Assembly: GCA_030646955.1 (NCBI GenBank)
Contig: JAUSKM010000015.1
Location: 285-64,284 of the forward strand
DNA: 64,000 bases
Direction: 5' to 3'
Source: a bacterium
GTDB lineage: Bacteria > Patescibacteriota > Patescibacteriia > JACPHY01
Shown: piece after piece, positions 1 through 7,924 of the stretch
Layout: each line of letters starts with the position of its first letter
How positions within the stretch are numbered: position 1 is the first letter of the stretch
Notes under the pieces: generated by a model
Told to the model about the DNA's origin: nothing
The model's database searches: none
What the model saw: the letters and a program-made list of their open reading frames with translations, nothing else
Position numbers and translations under genes: made by a program

Positions 1-483
1 ACACGTCCCGCCGGCGCTTGACGGCGTTGCCTGCTCGCACGAGAGCGCGATCCAACCATCATTGCCCAGCGCCAATACCTTTGCCCAACCCGCCGCCTGC
101 CCGGTAATCGCATTGAACCGCGCTGCCCACCCACCGGGCGGGGTTGCGCCACCGTACGCGCTACACGTCGCACCAAAGCATAGCCATCCTGCGTTACGCG
201 ACCATGCGAATCCGGAGACGTAGCCACGCGCATCAACGGTGACGCCGTACGATATATCGGCGTATGCGCCACCAAGTTCGCACGGATCATTGGTGCCAAA
301 CCGCTCACAGTTCGTCCCGTTCATCGAGATCCACCCCGCTTGCTCGTTCCACGCCCACCCCGCCACGTTGTCCGTCCCCGATGCGTCCGCCGCACGCGGC
401 GCGGCAAATACAACCACGGCCGCGACAACAGCCACGACCGACCACCAGCCGCCCCCAACATGCTTGCGGCGGTTCTCCACCAT
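1..483 (-). CDS. Secreted/anchored repeat protein, N-terminal part (3' end runs off the window start)
   Basis: Absent from the ORF track because there is no stop in the window. The reverse strand from ATG 483-481 reads MVENRRKHVGGGWWSVVAVVAAVVVFAAPRAADASGTDNVAGWAWNEQAGWISMNG...GFAWSRNAGWLCFG...GWAKVLALGNDGWIALSC and stays open for 161 codons to base 1. It has a hydrophobic signal/anchor followed by recurring GWAW..GW motifs. Third codon positions are GC-rich. Confidence 0.55.
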   Translation of the reverse strand, partial: MVENRRKHVGGGWWSVVAVVAAVVVFAAPRAADASGTDNVAGWAWNEQAGWISMNGTNCERFGTNDPCELGGAYADISYGVTVDARGYVSGFAWSRNAGWLCFGATCSAYGGATPPGGWAARFNAITGQAAGWAKVLALGNDGWIALSCEQATPSSAGGTC

Positions 484-544
484 AGTCATCCAGTGTACCA
501 CGATGTTGCACTCACCCTTTTCCCGCAACTCCCACCCCCTCTAT

Positions 545-571
545 CTCCCTCCTCCCAACGGGAGGGGGAGG
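545..571. repeat. Short G/C-tract hairpin element (family G), intergenic
   Basis: ctccctcctcccaacgggagggggagg: a C-tract arm and a G-tract arm form an inverted repeat. Same style as the elements at 14805, 21676, 44254 and 56235. Confidence 0.6.
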
Positions 572-608
572 ACCGGACTTCTGATCCCTCCCCTCCTGTG
601 CCCCACCC

Positions 609-1031
609 TCACACCGCATCCACGCGCCCCCGCGCGTCGATCGCCGCATTGACCATCCGGTCTGCATCGCAATTCTGCTCACGTCGCACATGGGTGAATG
701 TACACCGCCGAAACCGCTGCGCCAAACCGACGATGCGGACGAAGAGCGGTGCCAGGCCGGCATTCTTCACGCGGTACTGCCGATTGAGCTGCTTCACGAG
801 CAACTCGGAATCCGCAAACGCCTCCACTTCCGTCGCCCCAAGCACGTGCGCACGCTCCAACGCGGCCACCATCGCGCGGTACTCTGCCTGGTTGTTCGTC
901 ATCTCGCCCAGGTACTCACCAAACGCCGCGAGCGTCTTTCCGTCGGCATCCGTGATGAACACGCCCGTCCCCGCCGGACCCGGGTTCCCCCGCGCACCAC
1001 CATCAGTAAAAATACGAACAAGCATATCCAT
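609..1031 (-). CDS. rnhA: Ribonuclease HI
   Basis: MDMLVRIFTDGGARGNPGPAG...NNQAEYRAMVAAL...ADSELLVKQL...NCDADRM carries the RNase H DEDD residues in canonical order. The track ORF extends to 1118 through repeat-derived sequence, so the start was trimmed to the ATG at 1031. Confidence 0.85.
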   Translation of the reverse strand: MDMLVRIFTDGGARGNPGPAGTGVFITDADGKTLAAFGEYLGEMTNNQAEYRAMVAALERAHVLGATEVEAFADSELLVKQLNRQYRVKNAGLAPLFVRIVGLAQRFRRCTFTHVRREQNCDADRMVNAAIDARGRVDAV

Positions 1032-1068
1032 GAGACCGTAGAAAAAGTGGATAACACAACCCTCCTTT

Positions 1069-1266
1069 GTCATTTCGACAAGTCCGCGAGGAGAAATCTC
1101 ACCCATCCTTCCCGTCATTTCGACCGACGGAGTCCTCGAGGGAGTGGAGAAATCTCACCCATGCGTCGAACGGGCTCGAAATGACGGGGAGGAGAGCGGC
1201 GCGAGATTCCTCGGTCCCTCTTCGCGCGCGGAGCGCTTCGGAAGGACAAGCAGACCTCGGAATGAC
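1069..1266. repeat. Cluster of about 4 GTCATT..AATC repeat units (family T)
   Basis: Units: gtcatttcgacaagtccgcgaggagaaatctcac (1069-1102); gtcatttcgaccgacgg...ggagaaatctcac (1114-1158); an inverted half ctcgaaatgac (1175-1185); and an inverted long unit gcgagattcctcgg...cctcggaatgac (1201-1266). The cluster fills the rnhA-recJ spacer. Confidence 0.8.
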
Positions 1267-1300
1267 ATGCAACTTGATATCTCGATCGGATAGAAACACA

Positions 1301-3055
1301 TCACTTCGTCTCTCGCACGTCCACCACCTTCACTTGCGCATCGCGGCGGCCGTTCCACTCATTGATGTCCAGCTCGTACACGACATCAATGCGATTGCCT
1401 ATCGCGATGTTCGGGCAGATGTCCGCGTAGCGAAAGCAGACGAGCGTGTACTTTTTTCGATCCTCCTGCACGCCAATTCGGCAATGTGCGCCGGTTGCGC
1501 CCATGGTGCGCACGTCGGCAACGGTGAGCCCGCGCGCGAGAAACCGCGGCTGCGGATTGCCAATGCCAAAGGGCTCTAGCTGCTCCAACTGCTCCGCGAG
1601 CGCCAGCGTCGCATGCGCAAGTGGCAGCTCGGCATCTACCGCAATGGTCGGAACGAGGTCTGCGTCCGTCAGCGTCGCACGGGCGTACGCCTCGATGCCA
1701 TCGCGGAACGCGGGGATGGCATCCACTCCCGTCAGCGTCAGTCCGCACGCTTGCGGGTGGCCGCCGTATGCCGCCAGCGTCCCACGCACCGCGTCCAGCG
1801 CGCGGACAATGTGGAATCCGGCAATGCTGCGTCCGGATCCCGTCACGCGCCCGCCAGCGGTGGTGAGCGCGATGGCCGGCCGATGGTGTCGCTCTTTGAG
1901 CGCGCTCGCCACAAGCCCCACGATGCCCGGCGGCCACCACTCGCCTACCACCACCAGCGTCCGGCGATCGCCCAGCTCCCCCACTTGCGCAAACGCCTCC
2001 TCGTTGGCGCGCAGCACCAGCTGCTGGCGCTCGCCGTTCGTCGCGTTGATCTGGTCCGCAAGCTGCGCGGCCTCTGCTGCGTCCGTAGTGCGCAGAAGAC
2101 GCAGTGCAACCGATGCGTGGTCAATACGCCCGGATGCATTGATGCGCGGCGCGATTTGGAATCCGATGGTGCCCGGCGTGATGCGCTCCGGCACAATCTT
2201 TGCAATCTCGTAGAGCTTCTGGAGGCCGAGGCGCCGCGTTTTGGCCAACACCAGAAGCCCATAGCGCACGATGACGCGGTTCTCGCCCGTGAGCGGCCCA
2301 AAATCCGCCACGGTGGAGATCGCCGCGCAGTCGAGGAGCCATTTCGCAAATCCCTCTGGCAAACGCCGATCGCTCCGCTGCGCATCGTGCTGCACAATCG
2401 CCTCGCAGAACTTCAGTGCCACGCCGCCACCCGTCAGCTCCTGGTACGGGTACTGCTCGCCGCGCGCCTTCGGGTGCAGGATCGCAAACGCCGGCGGCAG
2501 TGCCTCGGCACCAGATGCATCTGTCGGAATAAGATGGTGATCGGTGATGACGACATCAATGCCGACCTCGCGCGCCGCTGCAACAGTTGCCGCGTTCGCA
2601 ATGCCGCAGTCGCACGTGATAATGACCGTCGCGCCCAGTGCTCGCGCGCGCGCAAGGCCGGGCTCTTTGAACCCGTACCCGTCCTCCTCGCGGTGCGGGA
2701 TGAACGCATCCGCGCTGCACCCGAATGCGGTCAGCGTCTCCGTGAGCACCGCCGCGCCCGACACGCCATCCGCGTCGTAATCGCCATGCACCAAAATGCG
2801 CTCGCCGCGCTCGCGCGCGAGAACAATTCGCTCCACGGCCTTGGCCATGTCCCGAAACAAACATGGATCGTGCCGGTGTGTATCGTAGTCCGGGTGCAAG
2901 AATGCCGCAATCGCAGCAGGAGAACGCATCCCCCGCTGGTACAACAGCTGTGCCACCGCTGGCGGCAGATCCGCATGCGCCGCCAGAAACTCCCCCGGAA
3001 CCTGCTCCGCCACCCGCCACTCCCGCGCCACGCGCTGCATCGCTGTGTACGACAT
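1301..3055 (-). CDS. recJ: Single-stranded-DNA-specific exonuclease RecJ
   Basis: 584 aa. DHH-family motifs are present: ILVHGDYDADGVSG, ITCDCG, VITDHH. A DHHA1-like region (GGHPQACG) and a C-terminal OB-like tail follow. Confidence 0.9.
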   Translation of the reverse strand: MSYTAMQRVAREWRVAEQVPGEFLAAHADLPPAVAQLLYQRGMRSPAAIAAFLHPDYDTHRHDPCLFRDMAKAVERIVLARERGERILVHGDYDADGVSGAAVLTETLTAFGCSADAFIPHREEDGYGFKEPGLARARALGATVIITCDCGIANAATVAAAREVGIDVVITDHHLIPTDASGAEALPPAFAILHPKARGEQYPYQELTGGGVALKFCEAIVQHDAQRSDRRLPEGFAKWLLDCAAISTVADFGPLTGENRVIVRYGLLVLAKTRRLGLQKLYEIAKIVPERITPGTIGFQIAPRINASGRIDHASVALRLLRTTDAAEAAQLADQINATNGERQQLVLRANEEAFAQVGELGDRRTLVVVGEWWPPGIVGLVASALKERHHRPAIALTTAGGRVTGSGRSIAGFHIVRALDAVRGTLAAYGGHPQACGLTLTGVDAIPAFRDGIEAYARATLTDADLVPTIAVDAELPLAHATLALAEQLEQLEPFGIGNPQPRFLARGLTVADVRTMGATGAHCRIGVQEDRKKYTLVCFRYADICPNIAIGNRIDVVYELDINEWNGRRDAQVKVVDVRETK

Positions 3056-3088
3056 AATGCCCGCAACCTACGCGCTCCCCGCCACCCG

Positions 3089-3187
3089 CTAAAAACTCAA
3101 CCCCACCCCCACGGTGAACGCGAGCATGCTCACAATAACGAGCACGCTGATGACGGCCCAAATGCGCTTGATGGTGTTATGGGACAT
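3089..3187 (-). CDS. Possible 32-aa single-pass membrane peptide
   Basis: Below the track's size cut-off. ATG at 3187, TAG at 3091-3089. Translation: MSHNTIKRIWAVISVLVIVSMLAFTVGVGLSF. It sits in the lepA-recJ spacer on the same strand. No homology evidence is available. Confidence 0.25.
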   Translation of the reverse strand: MSHNTIKRIWAVISVLVIVSMLAFTVGVGLSF

Positions 3188-3225
3188 ACCGTGCAACAAA
3201 AATACTACAATCCATCGTACCACGC

Positions 3226-5157
3226 TCACCGCTTGAGCACGGCGATGTAGGCCTCCGGGGGGAGGTCAACACGGCCGGTGGCGCGCATGGCTTTCTTGCC
3301 TTTCTTCTGCTTCTCCAGGAGCTTCTTCTTGCGCGTAACGTCGCCGCCGTAGAGACCGGCAGTGACGTCCTTGCGGAGCGGCGAGATGCGGGCGCTGGCG
3401 ACAATCTTGCCACCGATCGCCGCCTGAATGCGCACCTCAAACTGGTGGCGCGGGATCACGTCCTTGAGCCGCTCGACGATCCGCCGCCCCACCTGCTGCG
3501 CTTCGTCCTCGTACACAATTGTCGCGAGCGATTCCTCTGGTTCGTCCACAACAAAAATGTCGAGGCGCCGCACGTTCGCCTCGCGGTGCTCGGAAATTTC
3601 GTAATTCATGGACGCGTACCCCTGGGAAACACTCTTGAGCCGATCATAAAAATCCACCAGCACCTTCGCAAGCGGCAGCTCGTACTTCAGGAGCGCGCGC
3701 CGTTGCCCCTCGATGCCGCCGGCAAGGTACTCCGTGGTGCGGTAGGTGCCGCGGTACTCCTGGCAGAGCTGCATGAGCCCGCCCACGTACTGCTCTGGCG
3801 TCACGATGTCCATGCGCACCCACGGCTCCTCAATTGCCGCGATGGACGACGGGTCCGGCAGCTCCTGCGGCGAACGGATGACTTCTCGCGCGCTGCTGTC
3901 CGCTTGGTGTTGCCGGCGCACCCAGTATGCAACACTCGGCACCGTCACCACCACGTCCATGTTGTGCTCGCGGATAAGCCGCTCCCGGAACACGTCCAGG
4001 TGGAGGAGGCCCAAGAATCCGCAGCGGAACCCCACGCCCAGTGCCTGCGAATGCTCCGGCTCCGCGACAAGCGCAGCATCGTTGAGGCGTAGCTGATCAA
4101 TGGCATCACGGAGCTGTTCCGTTTCATCCGAGTTCTTGGGGAACACGCCAGCGAACACCATGGGCCGCACGTCCTTGTACCCGGGGAGCGGCGCGGTTGC
4201 CGCGTACTTCGCGCCCGTCATAGTATCGCCAACGCGCACGCTTCGGATGTCCTTGAGGCCCGTCACGATGTATCCGATCTCCCCCGGCCCCACCTCGTCC
4301 GTCGCATAGAGCTTGGGGTTAAACGATCCCACCTCGCTGGCCTCTACCACCGTACCGGTGGTGAAGAATTTGAGTTTATCACCGCGCGCAACCGATCCGT
4401 CCACCACGCGCACATACGCGATGACGCCCCGAAAATCGTCGTACACAGAATCAAAAATGAGTGCGCGCAATCTCCGATCCCCCACCTCATCTTGAGGGGG
4501 GGGCGTCCGCACGGGTGCCGGTACCCGCTCCACCACCGCGTCGAGCAACATCGCAACGCCCTCGCCCGTCTTTCCGGAGACGGCAAGAATCTCCTCACGC
4601 GCGCATCCCAACAGCTCCATGATTTCCTGCGCCGTGCGCTCAACGTCCGCCGCCGGCAGATCAATTTTGTTGATCGCCGGAATAATGACGAGGTCCTGCT
4701 CCATCGCCAAGTACAGGTTCGCAATCGTCTGCGCCTGCACACCCTGCGTCGCATCTACGAGCAGGATTGCTCCCTCCACTGCCGCAAGCGAACGCGAGAC
4801 CTCGTACGTGAAGTCCACATGCCCGGGCGTGTCGATGAGGTGGAATATGTACTCCTCCTGATGATCCCCCACCTCCCGCTCGTCTGCGTCCGCCGGAGCG
4901 CGGAGGGAGGAGGGGCGAGGGGGGGTGGGCGTCCGCATCGTTCCGCCATGCGCGCCCAGCGTCCATCGCATGCGGACTGGCGCCAGCTTGATCGTAATCC
5001 CCCGCTCCTGCTCCAGGTCCATCTGGTCCAGCGTTTGCTGCTTCATGTCCCGGCTACTCACCGTTCCCGTGAGCTCCAACATCCGGTCCGCCAGCGTGGA
5101 TTTGCCGTGGTCAATGTGGGCGATGATGCAAAAATTGCGAATGGATGATGATTCCAT
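3226..5157 (-). CDS. lepA: Elongation factor 4 (LepA)
   Basis: MESSSIRNFCIIAHIDHGKSTLADRML, DTPGHVDF and NKIDLP GTPase motifs, with full-length LepA-like order to the C-terminus. Start trimmed from 5394 to the ATG at 5157. It contains an extra segment of about 30 aa before DTPGH (see findings). Confidence 0.95.
   Translation of the reverse strand: MESSSIRNFCIIAHIDHGKSTLADRMLELTGTVSSRDMKQQTLDQMDLEQERGITIKLAPVRMRWTLGAHGGTMRTPTPPRPSSLRAPADADEREVGDHQEEYIFHLIDTPGHVDFTYEVSRSLAAVEGAILLVDATQGVQAQTIANLYLAMEQDLVIIPAINKIDLPAADVERTAQEIMELLGCAREEILAVSGKTGEGVAMLLDAVVERVPAPVRTPPPQDEVGDRRLRALIFDSVYDDFRGVIAYVRVVDGSVARGDKLKFFTTGTVVEASEVGSFNPKLYATDEVGPGEIGYIVTGLKDIRSVRVGDTMTGAKYAATAPLPGYKDVRPMVFAGVFPKNSDETEQLRDAIDQLRLNDAALVAEPEHSQALGVGFRCGFLGLLHLDVFRERLIREHNMDVVVTVPSVAYWVRRQHQADSSAREVIRSPQELPDPSSIAAIEEPWVRMDIVTPEQYVGGLMQLCQEYRGTYRTTEYLAGGIEGQRRALLKYELPLAKVLVDFYDRLKSVSQGYASMNYEISEHREANVRRLDIFVVDEPEESLATIVYEDEAQQVGRRIVERLKDVIPRHQFEVRIQAAIGGKIVASARISPLRKDVTAGLYGGDVTRKKKLLEKQKKGKKAMRATGRVDLPPEAYIAVLKR
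4866..4930. repeat. G/C-tract element inside lepA
   Basis: cccccacctcccgc...gcggagggaggaggggcgagggggggtgggc. Translated in the lepA frame as RTPTPPRPSSLRAPADADEREVGD. Confidence 0.6.
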
Positions 5158-5200
5158 ATATCGGGATGGTAGCAGCAACAATAGGAACCCGAAAATGGGA

Positions 5201-6802
5201 TCACCCTCGCGCCTCGTCTGCGCCACCAAAGGCACGGGGGACGGCGCGGAGGGCGTGACGACGGAGCGCGAGCGCAAGCGCGGTAATTTCATCGGATTTG
5301 AGGAGGATACCAACGGCAAGGTACGCCCCGAAGCCCAGGCCCCCTGCCAGGAAACCCTGCAACGCGATGCCGATGAATGTCTGTGTCCCCACAAGCGCGG
5401 CGATGCTGGGCTTCACCACCTGGATGACCACGCCCATGACGAGTGCAGCGATGAGGAATTTCCCGATGGCGATACCCGTACGCCGTCCATCCAGCCCGCC
5501 GGCGCGGCGACGCAATGCGACGAGGAGCGCGAGCGCCTGGACGATACCCGCGAGCGCCAACGCCAACGCGAGGCCCTGCGGACCAAATGTGCGACCCAGG
5601 AACCACGCAGCCGCGATGCCGAGCACATCCGCCGCCACGCTGATGACGAACGGCGTGCGCGTGTCCTCGAAGGCGTAAAACGCACGCGTCAAAAGCGGGA
5701 TGAGCATCGCAAAAAAGAGTCCAACGCCAAACGCCTCCACCGTTTCCAATGTTCGAACCGTATCCTCCCATCCAAACGCGCCAGCACCCAGGAGCACGCG
5801 GACGATCTGCGCTTTGAGTGCCAAGAGCATCACGACAGCAGGCAGCGCGAGGAGCGCGATCTGTCGAAACGTCGCAGAGAAATACTGCCGGAACTGTTCG
5901 ATGTCACCAGCAGCAACTGCGCTCGACAAGCGCGGGAATGCGGCGATGGCGAACGCGATGCCAATGAGCGCGATCGGCACATGTTGGATGTTCGCCGCAA
6001 ACGTAAACACCGCGAGCGATCCCGCGGCGAGCGTGGACGCAATGCCGGCGACGATGAGCAGCTGCACCTGCTGCGCGCCAAGCGATGCGACACGCGGGAG
6101 AAGGTTCACAAACAACAATCGCACCTCGCGATCGCGCCACGTTGGCGCCCACTGTACCCGCAGCCCCGTACGCGCCGCAGCCACCCATTGCATCGCAAGG
6201 TGCGCGGCAGCACCCAGCACCACGCCCCACGCGATTCCTACCGGGCCGAGCATCGGCGCCAGCGCGAGGACGCCGCCGATGATGCCAAGATTGTAGAGGA
6301 GCGGTGCCGCCGCAAACGCGAAGAAGCGCTCCTCTGCCTGCAATACGCTACCAATGACAGATGAGAGGCCTAGGAGTGCCGTCGCGATGAACAGGATGCG
6401 GCCAACCTGCACGGTGAGCGCAAGCTGCTCCGACGAAAACCCAGGCGCAATAGCCGCAAAGAGCGGCGTCGCCGCAAGTGCGCCAATGCTCCCACACAGC
6501 AGGAGGAGAAACGCGGCATTGGTGAACACCTGCGAGGCGAAACGATGTGCGCGGTCACGCCCACCCGCGCGCAGCCGAATAAAAATCGGCACGAACGCCG
6601 CGGAGAGCGCGGCGAGGCCAAGGAGGTTGAAGGCAAAATCCGGGATGCGGAATGCCGCGTAGTACGCGTCGAGTACCGACCCCGCACCAAACGTGGTGGC
6701 GAGGATGCGATCGCGCACGAGTCCCAGGATGCGGCTCGCAAGCGAGAGCGCTGCAATGAGCAGCGCGGAAGCGACGGTGGTTTGTCCCAAGCGCATAGGC
6801 AA
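5201..6802 (-). CDS. murJ: Lipid II flippase MurJ (MviN family)
   Basis: 533 aa polytopic membrane protein. The N-terminus SRILGLVRDRILATTFGAGSVLDAYYAAFRIPDF is typical of MurJ/MviN. Confidence 0.9.
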   Translation of the reverse strand: MPMRLGQTTVASALLIAALSLASRILGLVRDRILATTFGAGSVLDAYYAAFRIPDFAFNLLGLAALSAAFVPIFIRLRAGGRDRAHRFASQVFTNAAFLLLLCGSIGALAATPLFAAIAPGFSSEQLALTVQVGRILFIATALLGLSSVIGSVLQAEERFFAFAAAPLLYNLGIIGGVLALAPMLGPVGIAWGVVLGAAAHLAMQWVAAARTGLRVQWAPTWRDREVRLLFVNLLPRVASLGAQQVQLLIVAGIASTLAAGSLAVFTFAANIQHVPIALIGIAFAIAAFPRLSSAVAAGDIEQFRQYFSATFRQIALLALPAVVMLLALKAQIVRVLLGAGAFGWEDTVRTLETVEAFGVGLFFAMLIPLLTRAFYAFEDTRTPFVISVAADVLGIAAAWFLGRTFGPQGLALALALAGIVQALALLVALRRRAGGLDGRRTGIAIGKFLIAALVMGVVIQVVKPSIAALVGTQTFIGIALQGFLAGGLGFGAYLAVGILLKSDEITALALALRRHALRAVPRAFGGADEARG

Positions 6803-6820
6803 CTCCCATTGTACCGCACA

Positions 6821-6850
6821 ACACGCATCCGGCCGAAGCCGGATGCGTGT
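6821..6850. terminator. Intergenic 13-bp GC-rich hairpin between hpf and murJ
   Basis: acacgcatccggc cgaa gccggatgcgtgt, a perfect stem. The T-run is weak, so this is either a terminator or an attenuator. Confidence 0.5.
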
Positions 6851-6885
6851 TTGATGTATTGAGCCAGAAGCTAGCAGCTCGCAGC

Positions 6886-7260
6886 TTATGACGCTACTGC
6901 TTCCTCCGAAACACGCCGCGCGCTTGCTCCCGCGTGCATCCCCTGCATCGTACCGGCCACTCGGTGACGCTTGCGCATCTGAAGCACCAGTTTGTCCTTC
7001 GCGAGGTCAATCGCTTCGCGGAGCGTATGATCGTCCTCCTCCGCAAGCCACTTGTATGTATCAACCGTCAGCGTCAGGGATACCTTAAACGCCTTCTTCT
7101 TGGCAAAGCGCTCCGCCCGGAACGTCAGCAACGGCTCTTCTGTTCCTGCAGGGAGACGCAGCAACGCCCGCTCAATCGTCTTTGCCTTCACGACGAAATA
7201 CTGCCGGCAGAAATGCTGGTCAAACTCACCCACCTTCTTGTAGCTGTAGGAAACCTTCAT
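6886..7260 (-). CDS. hpf: Ribosome hibernation factor (HPF/RaiA family)
   Basis: MKVSYSYKK...FKVSLTLTVDTYKWLAEEDDHTLREAIDLAKDKLVLQMRKRH matches the HPF pattern (beta-alpha-beta core, then AIDxxxDKLxxQxxK). An alternative upstream ATG lies at 7275. Confidence 0.7.
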   Translation of the reverse strand: MKVSYSYKKVGEFDQHFCRQYFVVKAKTIERALLRLPAGTEEPLLTFRAERFAKKKAFKVSLTLTVDTYKWLAEEDDHTLREAIDLAKDKLVLQMRKRHRVAGTMQGMHAGASARRVSEEAVAS

Positions 7261-7422
7261 AGGATAGGCACTCATTACTACAGCGCGGGCCAGCCGTTTC
7301 TTTCATTTCCGCCGCCCGCGTCGCATGGACAACATACCCCGCCTGTGGAAAAACTGCAAGGAGGCCCCAAGATGCCAAAAATGGGGCGGTTCTGCGATGC
7401 CGATGATGCGGGAGGTACTTGC

Positions 7423-7815
7423 TCAATCATCAACGCGCGTATTGTTTCGTGTATCGCCGAGTACTCCGAGCGCCGCTGCTGCCATGAACAAACCAAAATC
7501 GCGCACGGCGAGATCCCCGCGTGCCACGGCAGCGAGAATGGTCAAAAGGTGAAGCGCGACAACCGCGGCAACGATACGCACTCGCCACCCCACCACCAGC
7601 AACACGCCGAGGAGCACCTCCGCCACACCCACCACGCGCAGGAACTGCACGGGATCCATCGGCAACAATCCGATCATCCACGGCGGAACAAATCCCAGCC
7701 ACGACACGGTATCTGCAATCTTGCCATATCCAAAGATGAGCAGCACTGCACCCAACCCCAAACGCAACAGCAATGCCGCAGCGCTGGGGCCCGTAAAACG
7801 AGAAAGCATCCTCAT
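7423..7815 (-). CDS. DoxX-family membrane protein
   Basis: MRMLSRFTGPSAAALLLRLGLGAVLLIFGYGKI...VAEVLLGVLLVVGWRVR: about 4 TM segments with DoxX-like composition. The track start at 7980 runs through a repeat unit, so the start was trimmed to the ATG at 7815. Confidence 0.7.
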   Translation of the reverse strand: MRMLSRFTGPSAAALLLRLGLGAVLLIFGYGKIADTVSWLGFVPPWMIGLLPMDPVQFLRVVGVAEVLLGVLLVVGWRVRIVAAVVALHLLTILAAVARGDLAVRDFGLFMAAAALGVLGDTRNNTRVDD

Positions 7816-7837
7816 ACTTTGACAATAAAATTGGTGC

Positions 7838-7868
7838 GTGTGAGATTGCTTCGCATGCTCGCAATGAC
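7838..7868. repeat. Single family-T repeat unit (TTGC/GCAA type)
   Basis: gtgtgagattgcttcgcatgctcgcaatgac. Its reverse complement is gtcattgcgagcatgcgaagcaatctcacac. Confidence 0.8.
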
Positions 7869-7924
7869 AATACTTAGGAATAAGTGGACTTAACATTTTC
7901 GACACCGTTTTCAAACACGGTCTC

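Noticed and set aside
239-1184. Plus-strand ORFs 239..652, 340..1041 and 690..1184
   Set aside because: They overlap the partial minus-strand repeat protein and rnhA. The sequences are Pro/Arg/Ser-rich with no motifs.
1069-1266. CRISPR array hypothesis for the clustered short repeats (also 24804-24961 and 48085-48242)
   Set aside because: The units are in mixed orientations, vary in length and sequence, and are not separated by regular unique spacers. No cas genes are in the window.
1613-3250. 545-aa plus-strand ORF, plus several shorter ORFs, overlapping recJ
   Set aside because: It is antisense to a full-length RecJ with clear DHH motifs. The translation is Arg/His/Pro-rich low-complexity sequence typical of off-frame ORFs in GC-rich DNA.
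4925-6364. 479-aa plus-strand ORF, with similar antisense ORFs at 25029..25934, 31861..33126, 35033..36706, 36703..37836, 47034..48077, 57291..58298 and 61957..62973
   Set aside because: Each mirrors a confidently identified minus-strand gene (murJ, dnaJ, the HD-CofE gene, ftsI, mraY, GT2 and others) and has an extreme Arg/His/Glu or Ser/Ala/Arg composition.
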